Assembly: GCA_001785445.1 (NCBI GenBank)
Contig: MFTV01000010.1
Coordinates: 101,566 to 165,565, forward strand
Origin: Candidatus Nomurabacteria bacterium RIFCSPHIGHO2_02_40_30
GTDB taxonomy: Bacteria > Patescibacteriota > Minisyncoccia > Phycocordibacterales > UBA9973
Length of the DNA stretch: 64,000 nt
Direction of reading: 5' to 3'
A program made the translations under genes and the position numbers. Numbering within the stretch: the first letter of the stretch is position 1; each line of letters begins with the position of its first letter. Below the pieces are notes generated by a model. That model did not search any database. It worked only from the letters and a program-made list of their open reading frames with translations, and was not told where the DNA came from. Shown one piece after another: positions 25,496 to 35,281 of this stretch.

Positions 25496-28429
25496 ATGAT
25501 TTCACGGATATATGTAATGCCTAAAGATAAGGGTACACGGGCAGATTCTTACCTTATTGACTCTAAATTGTCCTTAAAAGAACTCACGAAGCTGGCTAAT
25601 GCCCTTACGAATCCGATTCTAGAAAAATATTATATAAATGAACCCCTGAAAGTGGGGAATTTTTCTTATGCGATTGAAATAGGTTATAAACCGGGAGTAA
25701 CGGATAACGTAAGTCACACTGTTAAAGAAATTGCTACAGATTTACTTAACTTGAAAAAGCACACGGACTTTCAAGTATATACTTCCAAGATTCTTTTCAC
25801 TTCCGGCAATAAAGAAAGGACAGAAAAATTTGCTCTTGAATTGTATAATCCGCTTATTGAGCGAGCCAATATAGCGCAGATTAAAAACGGAAAAATAAAT
25901 TTTCCCAATAAAGCTCCAAAGGTAATTCTTGAAAAAAGAAAACTGGTTGTAAAAGTTCCGCTTAATGTTTCCGATGAAGAACTTATAAAGATAGGAACTT
26001 TGGGAATCAAAGAAGGGAATATTCGGCGCGGGCCGCTGGCGCTCGACTTAGCTTCAATGCACGCCATAAAAGAATACTTTGCCAAACTAAAAAGAACACC
26101 AACGGACATTGAGCTTGAAGCTTTGGCGCAGACATGGTCGGAACACTGCAAGCACACTATTTTTGCGAATCAGATAGATGATATACAAGAAGGGCTATAC
26201 AAGACTTATATAAAAGGAGCGACAAATCTTATCCGTAAACAAAAAAGAGAGAGAGGTCAGCAGGATTTTTGCGTTTCTGTTTTTTCTGATAATTCCGGTG
26301 GAATAATTTTTGACAAAGATTTCTTAATAACCCACAAAGTTGAAACACACAACTCTCCTTCTTTCTTAGATCCGTTTGGAGGAGCTATTACCGGCATTGT
26401 GGGAGTGAATCGCGACACGATAGGCTTCGGGCTGGGGGCTAAGCCAGTGGCTAATACTTACGGATTTTGTTTTGGCGAACCGGACGAAAAAAGGCATCTA
26501 TATTTAGATAAAGAACAAAAGCAAAAAATGCTCCTGCCAAAACGAATCATGGATGGTGTGATAAAAGGCATAAACGTTGGGGGGAACTGCTCTGGTATTC
26601 CGACTATTTCCGGATTTGTAAAATTTGACGAAAGATACAGAGGTAGGCCACTTGTGTTCGCCGGAACAGTAGGATTGATACCGAAAAAAATTGGAGCAAG
26701 ACTTTCTCATGAAAAAAAGGCAAAACCTAGGGACTGTGTCGTAATCATTGGGGGTAGAACAGGAGCAGATGGTATCCATGGAGCCACATTTTCTTCTGTT
26801 GCCACAGATTTTAATTCACCGGCCACGGCAGTGCAAATTGGTGACCCGATAACCCAGAAAAAGTTAAGTGATGCAATAATAAAAGAAGCCCGAGATATGA
26901 ATTTATATAACAGCATCACGGACATCGGTGGCGGTGGAATGTCTTCTTCGGTAGCAGAAATGGCTAAAGAGTCCGGCGGGGTTAAAGTTGATTTGGAAAA
27001 AGTTCCGCTAAAATATCCGGGGCTTCGGCCGTGGGAAATATGGATTTCAGAATCACAGGAACGCATGACTCTCGCTGTGCCGAAGAATAAAATAAAAAAA
27101 CTTTTCAAACTTTTGGAAAGTCGTGAAGTGGAAGCTACGGTAGTGGGAGAATTTACCAATTCCGGCAAGTGTGTGCTCTATTACAAAGGTAAAAAAATAA
27201 TGGACATGGACATGGAGTTCTTACATAACGGACTACCAAAGCATCATTTAAGAACCTCACCCCCGCCCGCGTTAGCAGACCTCCCCCTCTCCTTGGCAAG
27301 GAGAGGGGCTAGAGGTGAGGTATACACAAAAGATCTTGAGAATTTACTTGGAAGTAAAAATCTAAATGGATTTTCTTTCATCTCCGAACAATATGACCAC
27401 GAAGTGCAGGGATCATCTGTGCTAAAACCTCTTTCGGGTCCGGGACGTATCAACACTGACGCCCAAGTTTTCCGTCCAGTTTTAAATTCAAACAAAGGAG
27501 TTGTATTGTCATCTGCACTTTATCCTTCGTATGGAGACATCAGCACCTACGACATGGCTGCTTGTGCGCTTGACACTACTGTTCGAAACGCAGTTGCTTC
27601 TGGCGGCACTCTTTCTCACCTCGCTATATTAGACAACTTCTGTTGGTGCTCTTCGTATGACAAAACACGGCTATATCAGCTCGTAGAAGCTGTAAAAGCC
27701 TGTTATGACTACGCTGTGGGCTATGGCACCCCATTTATTTCTGGCAAGGACAGTATGTTTAATGATTTTAAGGGTTATGACGAGAAGGGTAATCCTGTGG
27801 CCATTTCTATCCCTCCGACGCTTCTAATATCTGCCATAGGGGTAGTGTCGGACTTTTATAAAGTTGTTTCGCCGGAATTCAAAAATGCGGGAGATATAAT
27901 ATATTTGCTAGGAGAAACTCATGATGAACTTGGAGCAAGTGAATACTATAAGATGCTTGGAGAAATTGAAAATAACCCCGCACCAGAGCAAGCTCGGTAC
28001 GGGGCAAGTGTTCCGAAAGTTAACTTAGAAAAAAATCTAAAAACATATCTGGCGCTGGAAAAAGCGATTCAAAAAGAATTGTTGAATTCTTCTCTTTCTG
28101 TAACTTCCGGAGGCTTCGGAATTGCATTGGCAAAAGCCTGTGTTGGCGGAATGCTCGGATGTAAAATAAATGTAGAAAGCATGTCTGCGGGCTCAAATTC
28201 GGCCATGGTGAAGCTTTTCTCTGAAAGCCAAGGGAGGGTATTGGTATCCGTACCTCCTAAAAATACAAGGGAATTTGAAAAAATATTTAAGGATATATCG
28301 AATGCCAGGCTCGGAACAGTTTCCAAAGACAACAAATTTATAATAACAGAAGATAATAAAAAAATAGTGGATTCGTCCGTAAAAAAGCTGTACGACATTT
28401 ATCATAAGTTTTCCAATTCAATGCAATGA
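25496..28429 (+). CDS. purL: phosphoribosylformylglycinamidine synthase, synthetase subunit with a fused PurS-like N-terminal domain (977 aa)
   Basis: Start trimmed to MISRIYV. Contains WSEHCKHTIF, ETHNSPS and the DxGGGG pattern. The ~190-aa N-terminus has LTNPILEKY and LYNPLIERA PurS-like repeats. Confidence 0.9.
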   Translation: MISRIYVMPKDKGTRADSYLIDSKLSLKELTKLANALTNPILEKYYINEPLKVGNFSYAIEIGYKPGVTDNVSHTVKEIATDLLNLKKHTDFQVYTSKILFTSGNKERTEKFALELYNPLIERANIAQIKNGKINFPNKAPKVILEKRKLVVKVPLNVSDEELIKIGTLGIKEGNIRRGPLALDLASMHAIKEYFAKLKRTPTDIELEALAQTWSEHCKHTIFANQIDDIQEGLYKTYIKGATNLIRKQKRERGQQDFCVSVFSDNSGGIIFDKDFLITHKVETHNSPSFLDPFGGAITGIVGVNRDTIGFGLGAKPVANTYGFCFGEPDEKRHLYLDKEQKQKMLLPKRIMDGVIKGINVGGNCSGIPTISGFVKFDERYRGRPLVFAGTVGLIPKKIGARLSHEKKAKPRDCVVIIGGRTGADGIHGATFSSVATDFNSPATAVQIGDPITQKKLSDAIIKEARDMNLYNSITDIGGGGMSSSVAEMAKESGGVKVDLEKVPLKYPGLRPWEIWISESQERMTLAVPKNKIKKLFKLLESREVEATVVGEFTNSGKCVLYYKGKKIMDMDMEFLHNGLPKHHLRTSPPPALADLPLSLARRGARGEVYTKDLENLLGSKNLNGFSFISEQYDHEVQGSSVLKPLSGPGRINTDAQVFRPVLNSNKGVVLSSALYPSYGDISTYDMAACALDTTVRNAVASGGTLSHLAILDNFCWCSSYDKTRLYQLVEAVKACYDYAVGYGTPFISGKDSMFNDFKGYDEKGNPVAISIPPTLLISAIGVVSDFYKVVSPEFKNAGDIIYLLGETHDELGASEYYKMLGEIENNPAPEQARYGASVPKVNLEKNLKTYLALEKAIQKELLNSSLSVTSGGFGIALAKACVGGMLGCKINVESMSAGSNSAMVKLFSESQGRVLVSVPPKNTREFEKIFKDISNARLGTVSKDNKFIITEDNKKIVDSSVKKLYDIYHKFSNSMQ
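27254..27321. repeat. GC-rich nested palindrome embedded in frame in purL
   Basis: Inner stem CCCCTCTCCTT/AAGGAGAGGGG (11 bp, 3-nt loop) and outer stem ACCTCAC/GTGAGGT. 45 of 68 nt are G+C. Confidence 0.85.
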
Positions 28430-29187
28430 AAAATAAAAAACCCAAAATAATAATAATGTCAGGCTATGGACTCAACTGTGAGGAAGAAACTAAGTTTGCT
28501 TTTGATTGGGCGGGTGGAAACGCTGACATTATACATATCAACGACTTGATTGCTAAACCAAAAATGCTGAAAGAATACCAAATTCTTGTGTTCCCCGGAG
28601 GTTTTGCTTACGGTGACGACACGGGAAGCGGCAAGGCTTATGCCAATAAATTTAAGAATCACCTATTAAAAGAGCTATGTGAGTTTTTATCTCGAGACAC
28701 TTTGGTGATAGGAATATGTAACGGATTCCAGATTATAACTAATCTTGAAATAGTTCCCGGCGCGTTGACATATAACAAGAACGGTAAATTCATAGACCGT
28801 TGGCTTGATTTAGAAACAAGAAATAGCACCAGTCCTTGGCTTAAGGGTATAAAGAAAATATCTATACCTATAACCCACGGGGAGGGAAGATATATTACTA
28901 ATCCAAAAGAGTACAAAACTTTAAAGAAAAATGAACAGATAGCATTCCTTTATGCAAAAGGTGATATTTATAAATTCCAAAATTTAGAACATAACCCAAA
29001 TGGCTCACAATATGACATCGCTGGAGTTTTAGCATATAATGGTAGGGTTCTGGGTATGATGCCTCATCCAGAAAAAGCTATATTTGCGCATCAAAGCCCT
29101 TTATGGTACAAGAATAAAAAGGTTTCGAAAGAAGGGCAAGGGCTACAAATTTTTAAGAACGGGGTTAATTATTTTAAAGATAGATGA
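28426..29187 (+). CDS. purQ: phosphoribosylformylglycinamidine synthase, glutaminase subunit
   Basis: Class I amidotransferase with GICNGFQ (catalytic Cys) and MPHPE. Confidence 0.9.
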   Translation: MKNKKPKIIIMSGYGLNCEEETKFAFDWAGGNADIIHINDLIAKPKMLKEYQILVFPGGFAYGDDTGSGKAYANKFKNHLLKELCEFLSRDTLVIGICNGFQIITNLEIVPGALTYNKNGKFIDRWLDLETRNSTSPWLKGIKKISIPITHGEGRYITNPKEYKTLKKNEQIAFLYAKGDIYKFQNLEHNPNGSQYDIAGVLAYNGRVLGMMPHPEKAIFAHQSPLWYKNKKVSKEGQGLQIFKNGVNYFKDR

Positions 29188-30575
29188 ATGAATTAAAAGA
29201 GAAATGTGGAATCGTAGGCATATACGGTAAGGATTTACCTATATCTAGGCTGGCATTTTTCGGATTGTTTGCCTTGCAACACAGAGGTCAAGAAGCATCC
29301 GGTATTACGACAAGTGACGGTAAAAAATTATATACCCATAAAGGCGCAGGGTTGGTACCTCAAGCATACACAGAAAAAAGTATCCAAAACTTAAAAGGCT
29401 ATTTAGGAATAGGGCATAACAGATATTCAACCTCTGGTGGTAAAGCCCTCGACCACGCTCAACCGGTTGTGAAAAAAGATTTTGCTCTAGCTCATAATGG
29501 CAACTTGCCAAGTGTAAAGGCTCTTAAAGAATTTCTTTTGTCAAAAAAAGCTTTGCAAAAAAATCGTATGGACTCCGAACTCATAACTGATGCCATAGAT
29601 TTTTATATTAAAAAAGGAGAAACAATAGAGCAAGCTGTTAAAAATGTTTTTCCACTACTGACCGGCTCTTTTTCGCTGGTTATGATGGATAAGGACACAC
29701 TAGTTGCCGTGCGTGATTCATATGGAATGCGTCCTTTGGCATTAGGAAAAATCGGCAAAGGTTATGTAGTAGCCTCCGAGACATGTGCGCTTCAGACTAT
29801 TGGCGCAACATTCCTGCGAGAAGTAAAAGAAGGGGAAATGATTGTAATCAATAGTAAAGGAATAAAAAGCACGCAATTAGCCAAGCCGACTCCAAAACAC
29901 GACATTTTTGAATACGTTTATTTTGCCCGACCGGACAGTGTGCTAAACGGTAAGTTAATATATGAAGTTAGAAAAAACTTTGGAAAGGAACTGGCTCGTG
30001 AATTTAAGTTAAAAGTTGACGCTGTAGTGCCAGTGCCGGACACAGCTACGTCTGTGGCTTTGGGTTATAGTGAAATTTCAGGCATTCCTATCGAAATGGC
30101 TTTGATCAAAAATCGTTATGTACATAGAACTTTCATAGAGCCGGACCAGAAATCCCGTCGTAACAGCGTGGCGCTCAAGCTTATTCCTCTGCCGCAAGTG
30201 TTAAAAGGTAAAAAAATAGTATTAATAGATGACTCTATTGTAAGGGGAAATACGTGCAGAAAATTAGTCAAAAGACTCTTTGACGCAGGGACAAAAGAGG
30301 TACACCTTTTAATATCTTCTCCGCCGGTGCGTTTTCCGGACTTTTACGGTATCGACACTCCCGACCAAAAAGAACTTATTGCCTCGCATAAAACTGTGGA
30401 AGAAATCCGTAAATTTATCGGCGCCACAAGTTTGCACTTTTTATCTCTTGGCGGTCTTATAAAATCTATCGGCCTGCCAAGGAATCAACTTTCTCTTTCA
30501 TTGTTTAACGGAGTGTACCCAATTGATTTAAAAGAACGAAAGAAAGAAATAAATTATGATGTTCCAAAAAACTAA
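29184..30575 (+). CDS. purF: amidophosphoribosyltransferase
   Basis: Propeptide followed by CGIVGIYG, and the PRPP motif VLIDDSIVRGNT. Confidence 0.9.
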   Translation: MNELKEKCGIVGIYGKDLPISRLAFFGLFALQHRGQEASGITTSDGKKLYTHKGAGLVPQAYTEKSIQNLKGYLGIGHNRYSTSGGKALDHAQPVVKKDFALAHNGNLPSVKALKEFLLSKKALQKNRMDSELITDAIDFYIKKGETIEQAVKNVFPLLTGSFSLVMMDKDTLVAVRDSYGMRPLALGKIGKGYVVASETCALQTIGATFLREVKEGEMIVINSKGIKSTQLAKPTPKHDIFEYVYFARPDSVLNGKLIYEVRKNFGKELAREFKLKVDAVVPVPDTATSVALGYSEISGIPIEMALIKNRYVHRTFIEPDQKSRRNSVALKLIPLPQVLKGKKIVLIDDSIVRGNTCRKLVKRLFDAGTKEVHLLISSPPVRFPDFYGIDTPDQKELIASHKTVEEIRKFIGATSLHFLSLGGLIKSIGLPRNQLSLSLFNGVYPIDLKERKKEINYDVPKN

Positions 30576-31125
30576 AACGTCCAAAAAGACTAAATTAGCA
30601 CTTTTGGTTCACGAAGGAGGTACTCAAACTAATCTAAAAGCAATACGGGAGGCGATTGATAATGCTAGAATAAATGCTGAAATTTCTGCGGTAATTTCTG
30701 ATAGCCAAGATGCGACACCAATACTGGAGAGAGTGTCTCCAGACTATATATGTCTTGCTGGTTGGAAAAAAATTATTCCCGACGAAATAACTGAAAAATA
30801 CGCAAATAAAATACTGAACATACATCCAGGTTTAATTCCGGATATAGTGGACGGAAAAGTATTAAATCCTGACAATACCAAAGCTTTATGGAATAAGGGA
30901 ATGTACGGCAATAAAGCCATACAAAATTTCTTAGACCAAAAAGCCACTTACGCAGGCTCATCTCTCCATTTTTTAACTAACGAATTTGATTTTGGTCCGG
31001 TACTAGGAAAAACTTTTGAAAAAATTGAACCCGACGATACTGTGGAATCCTTATATGCTAGACTTAAGAAAAAAGAAAATGAACTTTATGTGGAAGTTTT
31101 AGAAAAATTATGCAAAACAAGTTAA
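30556..31125 (+). CDS. purN: phosphoribosylglycinamide formyltransferase (divergent)
   Basis: NIHPGLIP (catalytic Asn/His) and DFGPVL (catalytic Asp). The N-terminal SG-loop is atypical. Confidence 0.7.
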   Translation: MMFQKTKTSKKTKLALLVHEGGTQTNLKAIREAIDNARINAEISAVISDSQDATPILERVSPDYICLAGWKKIIPDEITEKYANKILNIHPGLIPDIVDGKVLNPDNTKALWNKGMYGNKAIQNFLDQKATYAGSSLHFLTNEFDFGPVLGKTFEKIEPDDTVESLYARLKKKENELYVEVLEKLCKTS

Positions 31126-32417
31126 AAATTTTAATAATTGGCGCTGGTGGGGGACGGGAGCATGCACTAGGCTGGAAAATAGCCCAGTCGGGAAGAGCGG
31201 GAGAATTATTTTTCGCCAGAGGTAATGCAGGTACAGCGCAGATTGGCACCAACTTGGATATAAAAGAGACAGATACATCAGCGCTTTCAAATTTTGCAAA
31301 AGAGGAAAAAATAGATATTACTTTGGTAGCATCAGATGATGCGCTAGCAGCTGGAGTGGTAGATGAATTCAGGCAAGCTGGTTTAAAAATCTGGGGCCCA
31401 ACAAAAATAGCATCGAAATTAGAATGGTCAAAAGCATTTGCTAAAGACTTTATGCAGAGACACGACTTGCCTACAGCAAAATTTAGAGTTTTCAATAATT
31501 TTGAAAAGGCAAACGAATACCTCAAAGAGCAACCATTGCCTATTGTAGTAAAAGCAGATGGTTTGGCTTTGGGTAAAGGCGTGGTGATTTGCCATAGTGT
31601 TGAAGAAGCATATGGAGCCCTAGAAAATATAATGGTAAAAAAGATATTCGCAGATTCAGGCAATACCGTAGTCATAGAAGAATTCCTAGTCGGACCAGAG
31701 ATCTCAATTCATGCGTTGTCAGATGGAAAAAATTATGATATTTTTCCTCCTTCGCAAGATCATAAGAGAATAGGTGAAAACGACATGGGACCAAATACTG
31801 CAGGCATGGGCACCATCGCTCCACTGCCATTTGTAGATGAAGAAATAATGAAAAAGATAGATAAGGACATAATCGCTCCCACCTTAGAAGCTATGAGAAA
31901 AGAAGGAACTCCTTTTGAAGGCATACTATATCCGAGCCTTATGCTCACTAAAGATGGTCCAAAGATTATAGAATTTAACGCACGCTTTGGTGACCCAGAA
32001 GCACAAACTTATATGAGGCTTTTAGATACTGATTTATTAGATATTATTGAGGCCTGTGTTGATAAAAAATTAAACAAGACAAAAATTAAATGGAAAAATA
32101 GCTTTGCCTGCAATATTGCGCTGGCCTCAGGCGGATACCCAGGAAACTATATAAAGGGTAAAATAATTTCTGGTATTGAAGAAGTTAAATTGCAAAAAGA
32201 TATAATAATTTTTCACGCTAACACAAAAGTCGAAGGAGAAAAATTAGTCACCAGTGGCGGACGAGTGCTCGGAATTTCAAGTGTTGGCGATACTCTTGTC
32301 GAGGCACTTGCTAAAGCCTACAAAGCTATAGAGAAAATCTCGTTTGAAGGGATGCAATACAGAAAAGATATAGGAAAGTCAGCTCTTGATTTGGAAAAAA
32401 CTAATTATCCCAATTAA
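31110..32417 (+). CDS. purD: phosphoribosylamine--glycine ligase
   Basis: ILIIGAGGREHAL and VVKADGLALGKGV within an ATP-grasp domain. Confidence 0.9.
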   Translation: MQNKLKILIIGAGGGREHALGWKIAQSGRAGELFFARGNAGTAQIGTNLDIKETDTSALSNFAKEEKIDITLVASDDALAAGVVDEFRQAGLKIWGPTKIASKLEWSKAFAKDFMQRHDLPTAKFRVFNNFEKANEYLKEQPLPIVVKADGLALGKGVVICHSVEEAYGALENIMVKKIFADSGNTVVIEEFLVGPEISIHALSDGKNYDIFPPSQDHKRIGENDMGPNTAGMGTIAPLPFVDEEIMKKIDKDIIAPTLEAMRKEGTPFEGILYPSLMLTKDGPKIIEFNARFGDPEAQTYMRLLDTDLLDIIEACVDKKLNKTKIKWKNSFACNIALASGGYPGNYIKGKIISGIEEVKLQKDIIIFHANTKVEGEKLVTSGGRVLGISSVGDTLVEALAKAYKAIEKISFEGMQYRKDIGKSALDLEKTNYPN

Positions 32418-33720
32418 AAAACTGGTCTCGGTCCGGACCGGTGCCGACTGATACAATTTTAACATTAAGGTCAGAAAGTTTCTTTTGAATGTAATTTAAA
32501 TAAGAAGTCAACTCTTTCGAAACTTTTCTTTTACTTTTGACTCCATAATTAGCATATCCCCAGCCCGGCATGTTTTCTGTGACTACGTCCGTCACTTGAT
32601 TTAAGTAAAGCGGAAATTCTTTTAAGGTTTTTTTATTTTGTTTATATCCGGTTACAACTTTTATTTTGTCACTTAGGCAAATATCGGCTTTATTTATAAA
32701 AATCTTATTAGCTCCAGAAAGTCCGATAGCGTAGCGTAATGCAAATAAATCGAGCCAGCCGCACATTCTGGGGCGTCCAGTGGTGGCGCCAAATTCATTC
32801 CCCGCATCTCGAAAGAGTTTTTCTATTTTATCGTCTTTCATTCGGCTTGGGAAACTTCCAGAGCCGACTTTGGTGGTATAGGCTTTTATAACTCCATAAA
32901 TGTTTTTTAGAGCAGTATGAGGCACACCCAGCCCGAGGCATACATTCGCTGGCAGGGTATTAGAACTTGTAACGTTAGGGTAATCTCCGAAATCCACATC
33001 TAGCATGACCGCTTGCGCCCCTTCGGCTAAAATATTTTTTCCTTCTCTTAATCTTTTTTGTATTGAAAAAGACACATCGCAAATTTTTAATTTTTTTAGT
33101 TCTTTTAAAGCTTCTAACCATTTAGTTCTGGCTTCTTTTATTTTTTGCTCCGGTATTTCAAAGCCATACTCTTTCTTGTACATCTTTAAAAGATTCATGT
33201 GGAACTTTGAAAGTATTGCTTCTTTTTTAGTAAAATCCGGCGACAGCACATCACCGACTAAAAGCACTCTCCTCGCTCGCACGTCGCTATAAGTGGGTCC
33301 TATGCCTCTCGAAGTAGTGCCTATTTGAGTTCCGAGCTTTTTTCTTCTGTACTCGTCGGCCTGGTCCAAAAATATATGCAAATACGAAACCAGCTTGGCG
33401 CGGTTTGAAATATAAAGTCGAGGAGTTACATTGAAGCCCAAGCTTTTTAGTTCTGAAATCTCTTTAATCAAAGATATGGCGTCCACCACCACGCCATTAC
33501 CCACATAAAGTTCTATTCCTTTTTGAAAACATCCGGAGGGCACAATATGCCCGACGAAAGTTCTGTCTCCTAGCTTCAAAGTATGACCCGCGTTTGCTCC
33601 ACCTTGGAAACGAGCAACCCCAGAATAAGCTCCGTGAGATAAAAGTTCATCTATATTTTTGCCTTTCCCTTCATCTCCCCACTGTAAACCGACAACAACG
33701 TCAATAAATCCTTTTTTCAT
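32401..33720 (-). CDS. purA: adenylosuccinate synthetase
   Basis: GLQWGDEGKGK, GTTSRGIGP and TGRPRMCGW. Confidence 0.95.
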   Translation of the reverse strand: MKKGFIDVVVGLQWGDEGKGKNIDELLSHGAYSGVARFQGGANAGHTLKLGDRTFVGHIVPSGCFQKGIELYVGNGVVVDAISLIKEISELKSLGFNVTPRLYISNRAKLVSYLHIFLDQADEYRRKKLGTQIGTTSRGIGPTYSDVRARRVLLVGDVLSPDFTKKEAILSKFHMNLLKMYKKEYGFEIPEQKIKEARTKWLEALKELKKLKICDVSFSIQKRLREGKNILAEGAQAVMLDVDFGDYPNVTSSNTLPANVCLGLGVPHTALKNIYGVIKAYTTKVGSGSFPSRMKDDKIEKLFRDAGNEFGATTGRPRMCGWLDLFALRYAIGLSGANKIFINKADICLSDKIKVVTGYKQNKKTLKEFPLYLNQVTDVVTENMPGWGYANYGVKSKRKVSKELTSYLNYIQKKLSDLNVKIVSVGTGPDRDQFFNWDN

Positions 33721-33723
33721 AAT

Positions 33724-35214
33724 TTAGCTTCCTGTGCTGTAGTTAGGGGCTTCTTTGGTAATGATAACATCGTGCGGATGGCTCTCTTCTATTCCAGAGT
33801 TTGTGATTCTAACAAACTTGGCTTTTTTCTGCAGAGTTTTAATATCTTTTGCTCCGCAGTACCCCATACCAGCTCGTAGCCCTCCTACTAGCTGGTACAT
33901 TACTTCAGAAAGTCCACCCTTAAAAGAAACTCGGCCAACAATCCCTTCGGGCACGAGTTTCTTAATATCATCTTCTGTATCTTGGAAGTATCTGTCTTTA
34001 GAGCCGAGCTGCATTGCGTCAATAGAGCCCATGCCACGATAAGTTTTATATTTTCTGCTTTCGTAAATCACTGTTTCCCCGGGAGATTCTTCAACTCCGG
34101 CAAAAAGCGAGCCGGCCATCACAGAGCTGGCTCCAGCCGCAATGGCCTTTGGTATATCTCCGGTAAAACGAATTCCTCCGTCGGCAATAACTGGCACACC
34201 TGAATTTTTAATAGCTTGCGCAACTTCATATACGGCAGAAAATTGAGGATAGCCTACGCCAGTAATAATACGAGTAGTGCAGATTGACCCCGGCCCTATG
34301 CCGACTTTTACGGCATCGGCTCCGGCCTTTACCAAGTCTTTGGCTCCCTCTCCCGTTGCCACATTACCAACTATAACTTCTAATTTCGGGAATTCTTTTT
34401 TTATTTTCTTCAACATTTGAATTACTCCTTTTGAATGGCCATGGGCGGTGTCGATGACTACTACATCAACTCCATTTTTGTCTAAAATTTTTACTCTCTC
34501 TAAAGTATCTTGTGCTACTCCAACTGCCGCACCTACCCGCAGACGCCCTAAGCTGTCTCTGCAGGAATTCGGTCGAGATTTTACTTTCATTATGTCTTTA
34601 TAAGTTATAAGACCAATGAGTTTATTTTGTTTATCAACTAAAGGCAACTTTTCAACTTTATGCTGTGTTAGTATTTTTTCTGCTTCTGCTAAATCCGTAC
34701 CGAGACTACCTGTTACTAAATTTGTCTTAGTCATAACTTCTAAAACAGTAAGTTCTAAATTTTCCTGAAATCGTAAATCGCGATTAGTTAAAATTCCCTT
34801 CAAGACCATGTTTTTATCAACTATCGGAATACCCCCAATTTTATTTTCTTTCATAATATCAAGAGCTTCCTTTAGTAAGGCATGTCCTTCTAAAGTTATG
34901 GGGTCGTGAATCATGCCACTTTCAGAACGCTTAACTTTGCGGACTTCTTCTGCTTGCTTTTCCTTACTCATATTTTTATGAATAATGCCTATGCCTCCTT
35001 CCTGTGCCATAGCTATGGCCAATGCTGCTTCAGTAACAGTATCCATAGCGGCGGAAACGATCGGAACATTTAGTTTTATCTTTTTAGTCAGATTTGAAGA
35101 TATGTCAACTTCTCTAGGTAAGACTTCCGAGTACAAAGGCACTAGGAGAACATCGTCATAAGTAAGGCCTTCTTTGAAATTTTCGCTTATTGTTCCTTTT
35201 GTTTTGGAAGTCAT
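33724..35214 (-). CDS. guaB: IMP dehydrogenase (with CBS pair)
   Basis: Start trimmed to [18 protein letters not shown] and the catalytic loop [11 protein letters not shown]. Confidence 0.95.
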   Translation of the reverse strand: MTSKTKGTISENFKEGLTYDDVLLVPLYSEVLPREVDISSNLTKKIKLNVPIVSAAMDTVTEAALAIAMAQEGGIGIIHKNMSKEKQAEEVRKVKRSESGMIHDPITLEGHALLKEALDIMKENKIGGIPIVDKNMVLKGILTNRDLRFQENLELTVLEVMTKTNLVTGSLGTDLAEAEKILTQHKVEKLPLVDKQNKLIGLITYKDIMKVKSRPNSCRDSLGRLRVGAAVGVAQDTLERVKILDKNGVDVVVIDTAHGHSKGVIQMLKKIKKEFPKLEVIVGNVATGEGAKDLVKAGADAVKVGIGPGSICTTRIITGVGYPQFSAVYEVAQAIKNSGVPVIADGGIRFTGDIPKAIAAGASSVMAGSLFAGVEESPGETVIYESRKYKTYRGMGSIDAMQLGSKDRYFQDTEDDIKKLVPEGIVGRVSFKGGLSEVMYQLVGGLRAGMGYCGAKDIKTLQKKAKFVRITNSGIEESHPHDVIITKEAPNYSTGS

Positions 35215-35281
35215 AATGTATATTATGTATATTAACATAAAATTTGAGTAAGGCAATTATTGTGCTAATATGGTTTATTAT

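Noticed and set aside
35215-35281. AT-rich repeats in the guaB/purH divergent gap. These are the tandem ATGTATATT x2 and TTATGTA..TAACATAA, which resemble half-sites of the TTACGTAA-family palindrome.
   Set aside because: The symmetry is imperfect and the sequence is low-complexity AT. It cannot be distinguished from ordinary promoter sequence by eye, so I do not count it as a third member of the motif family.
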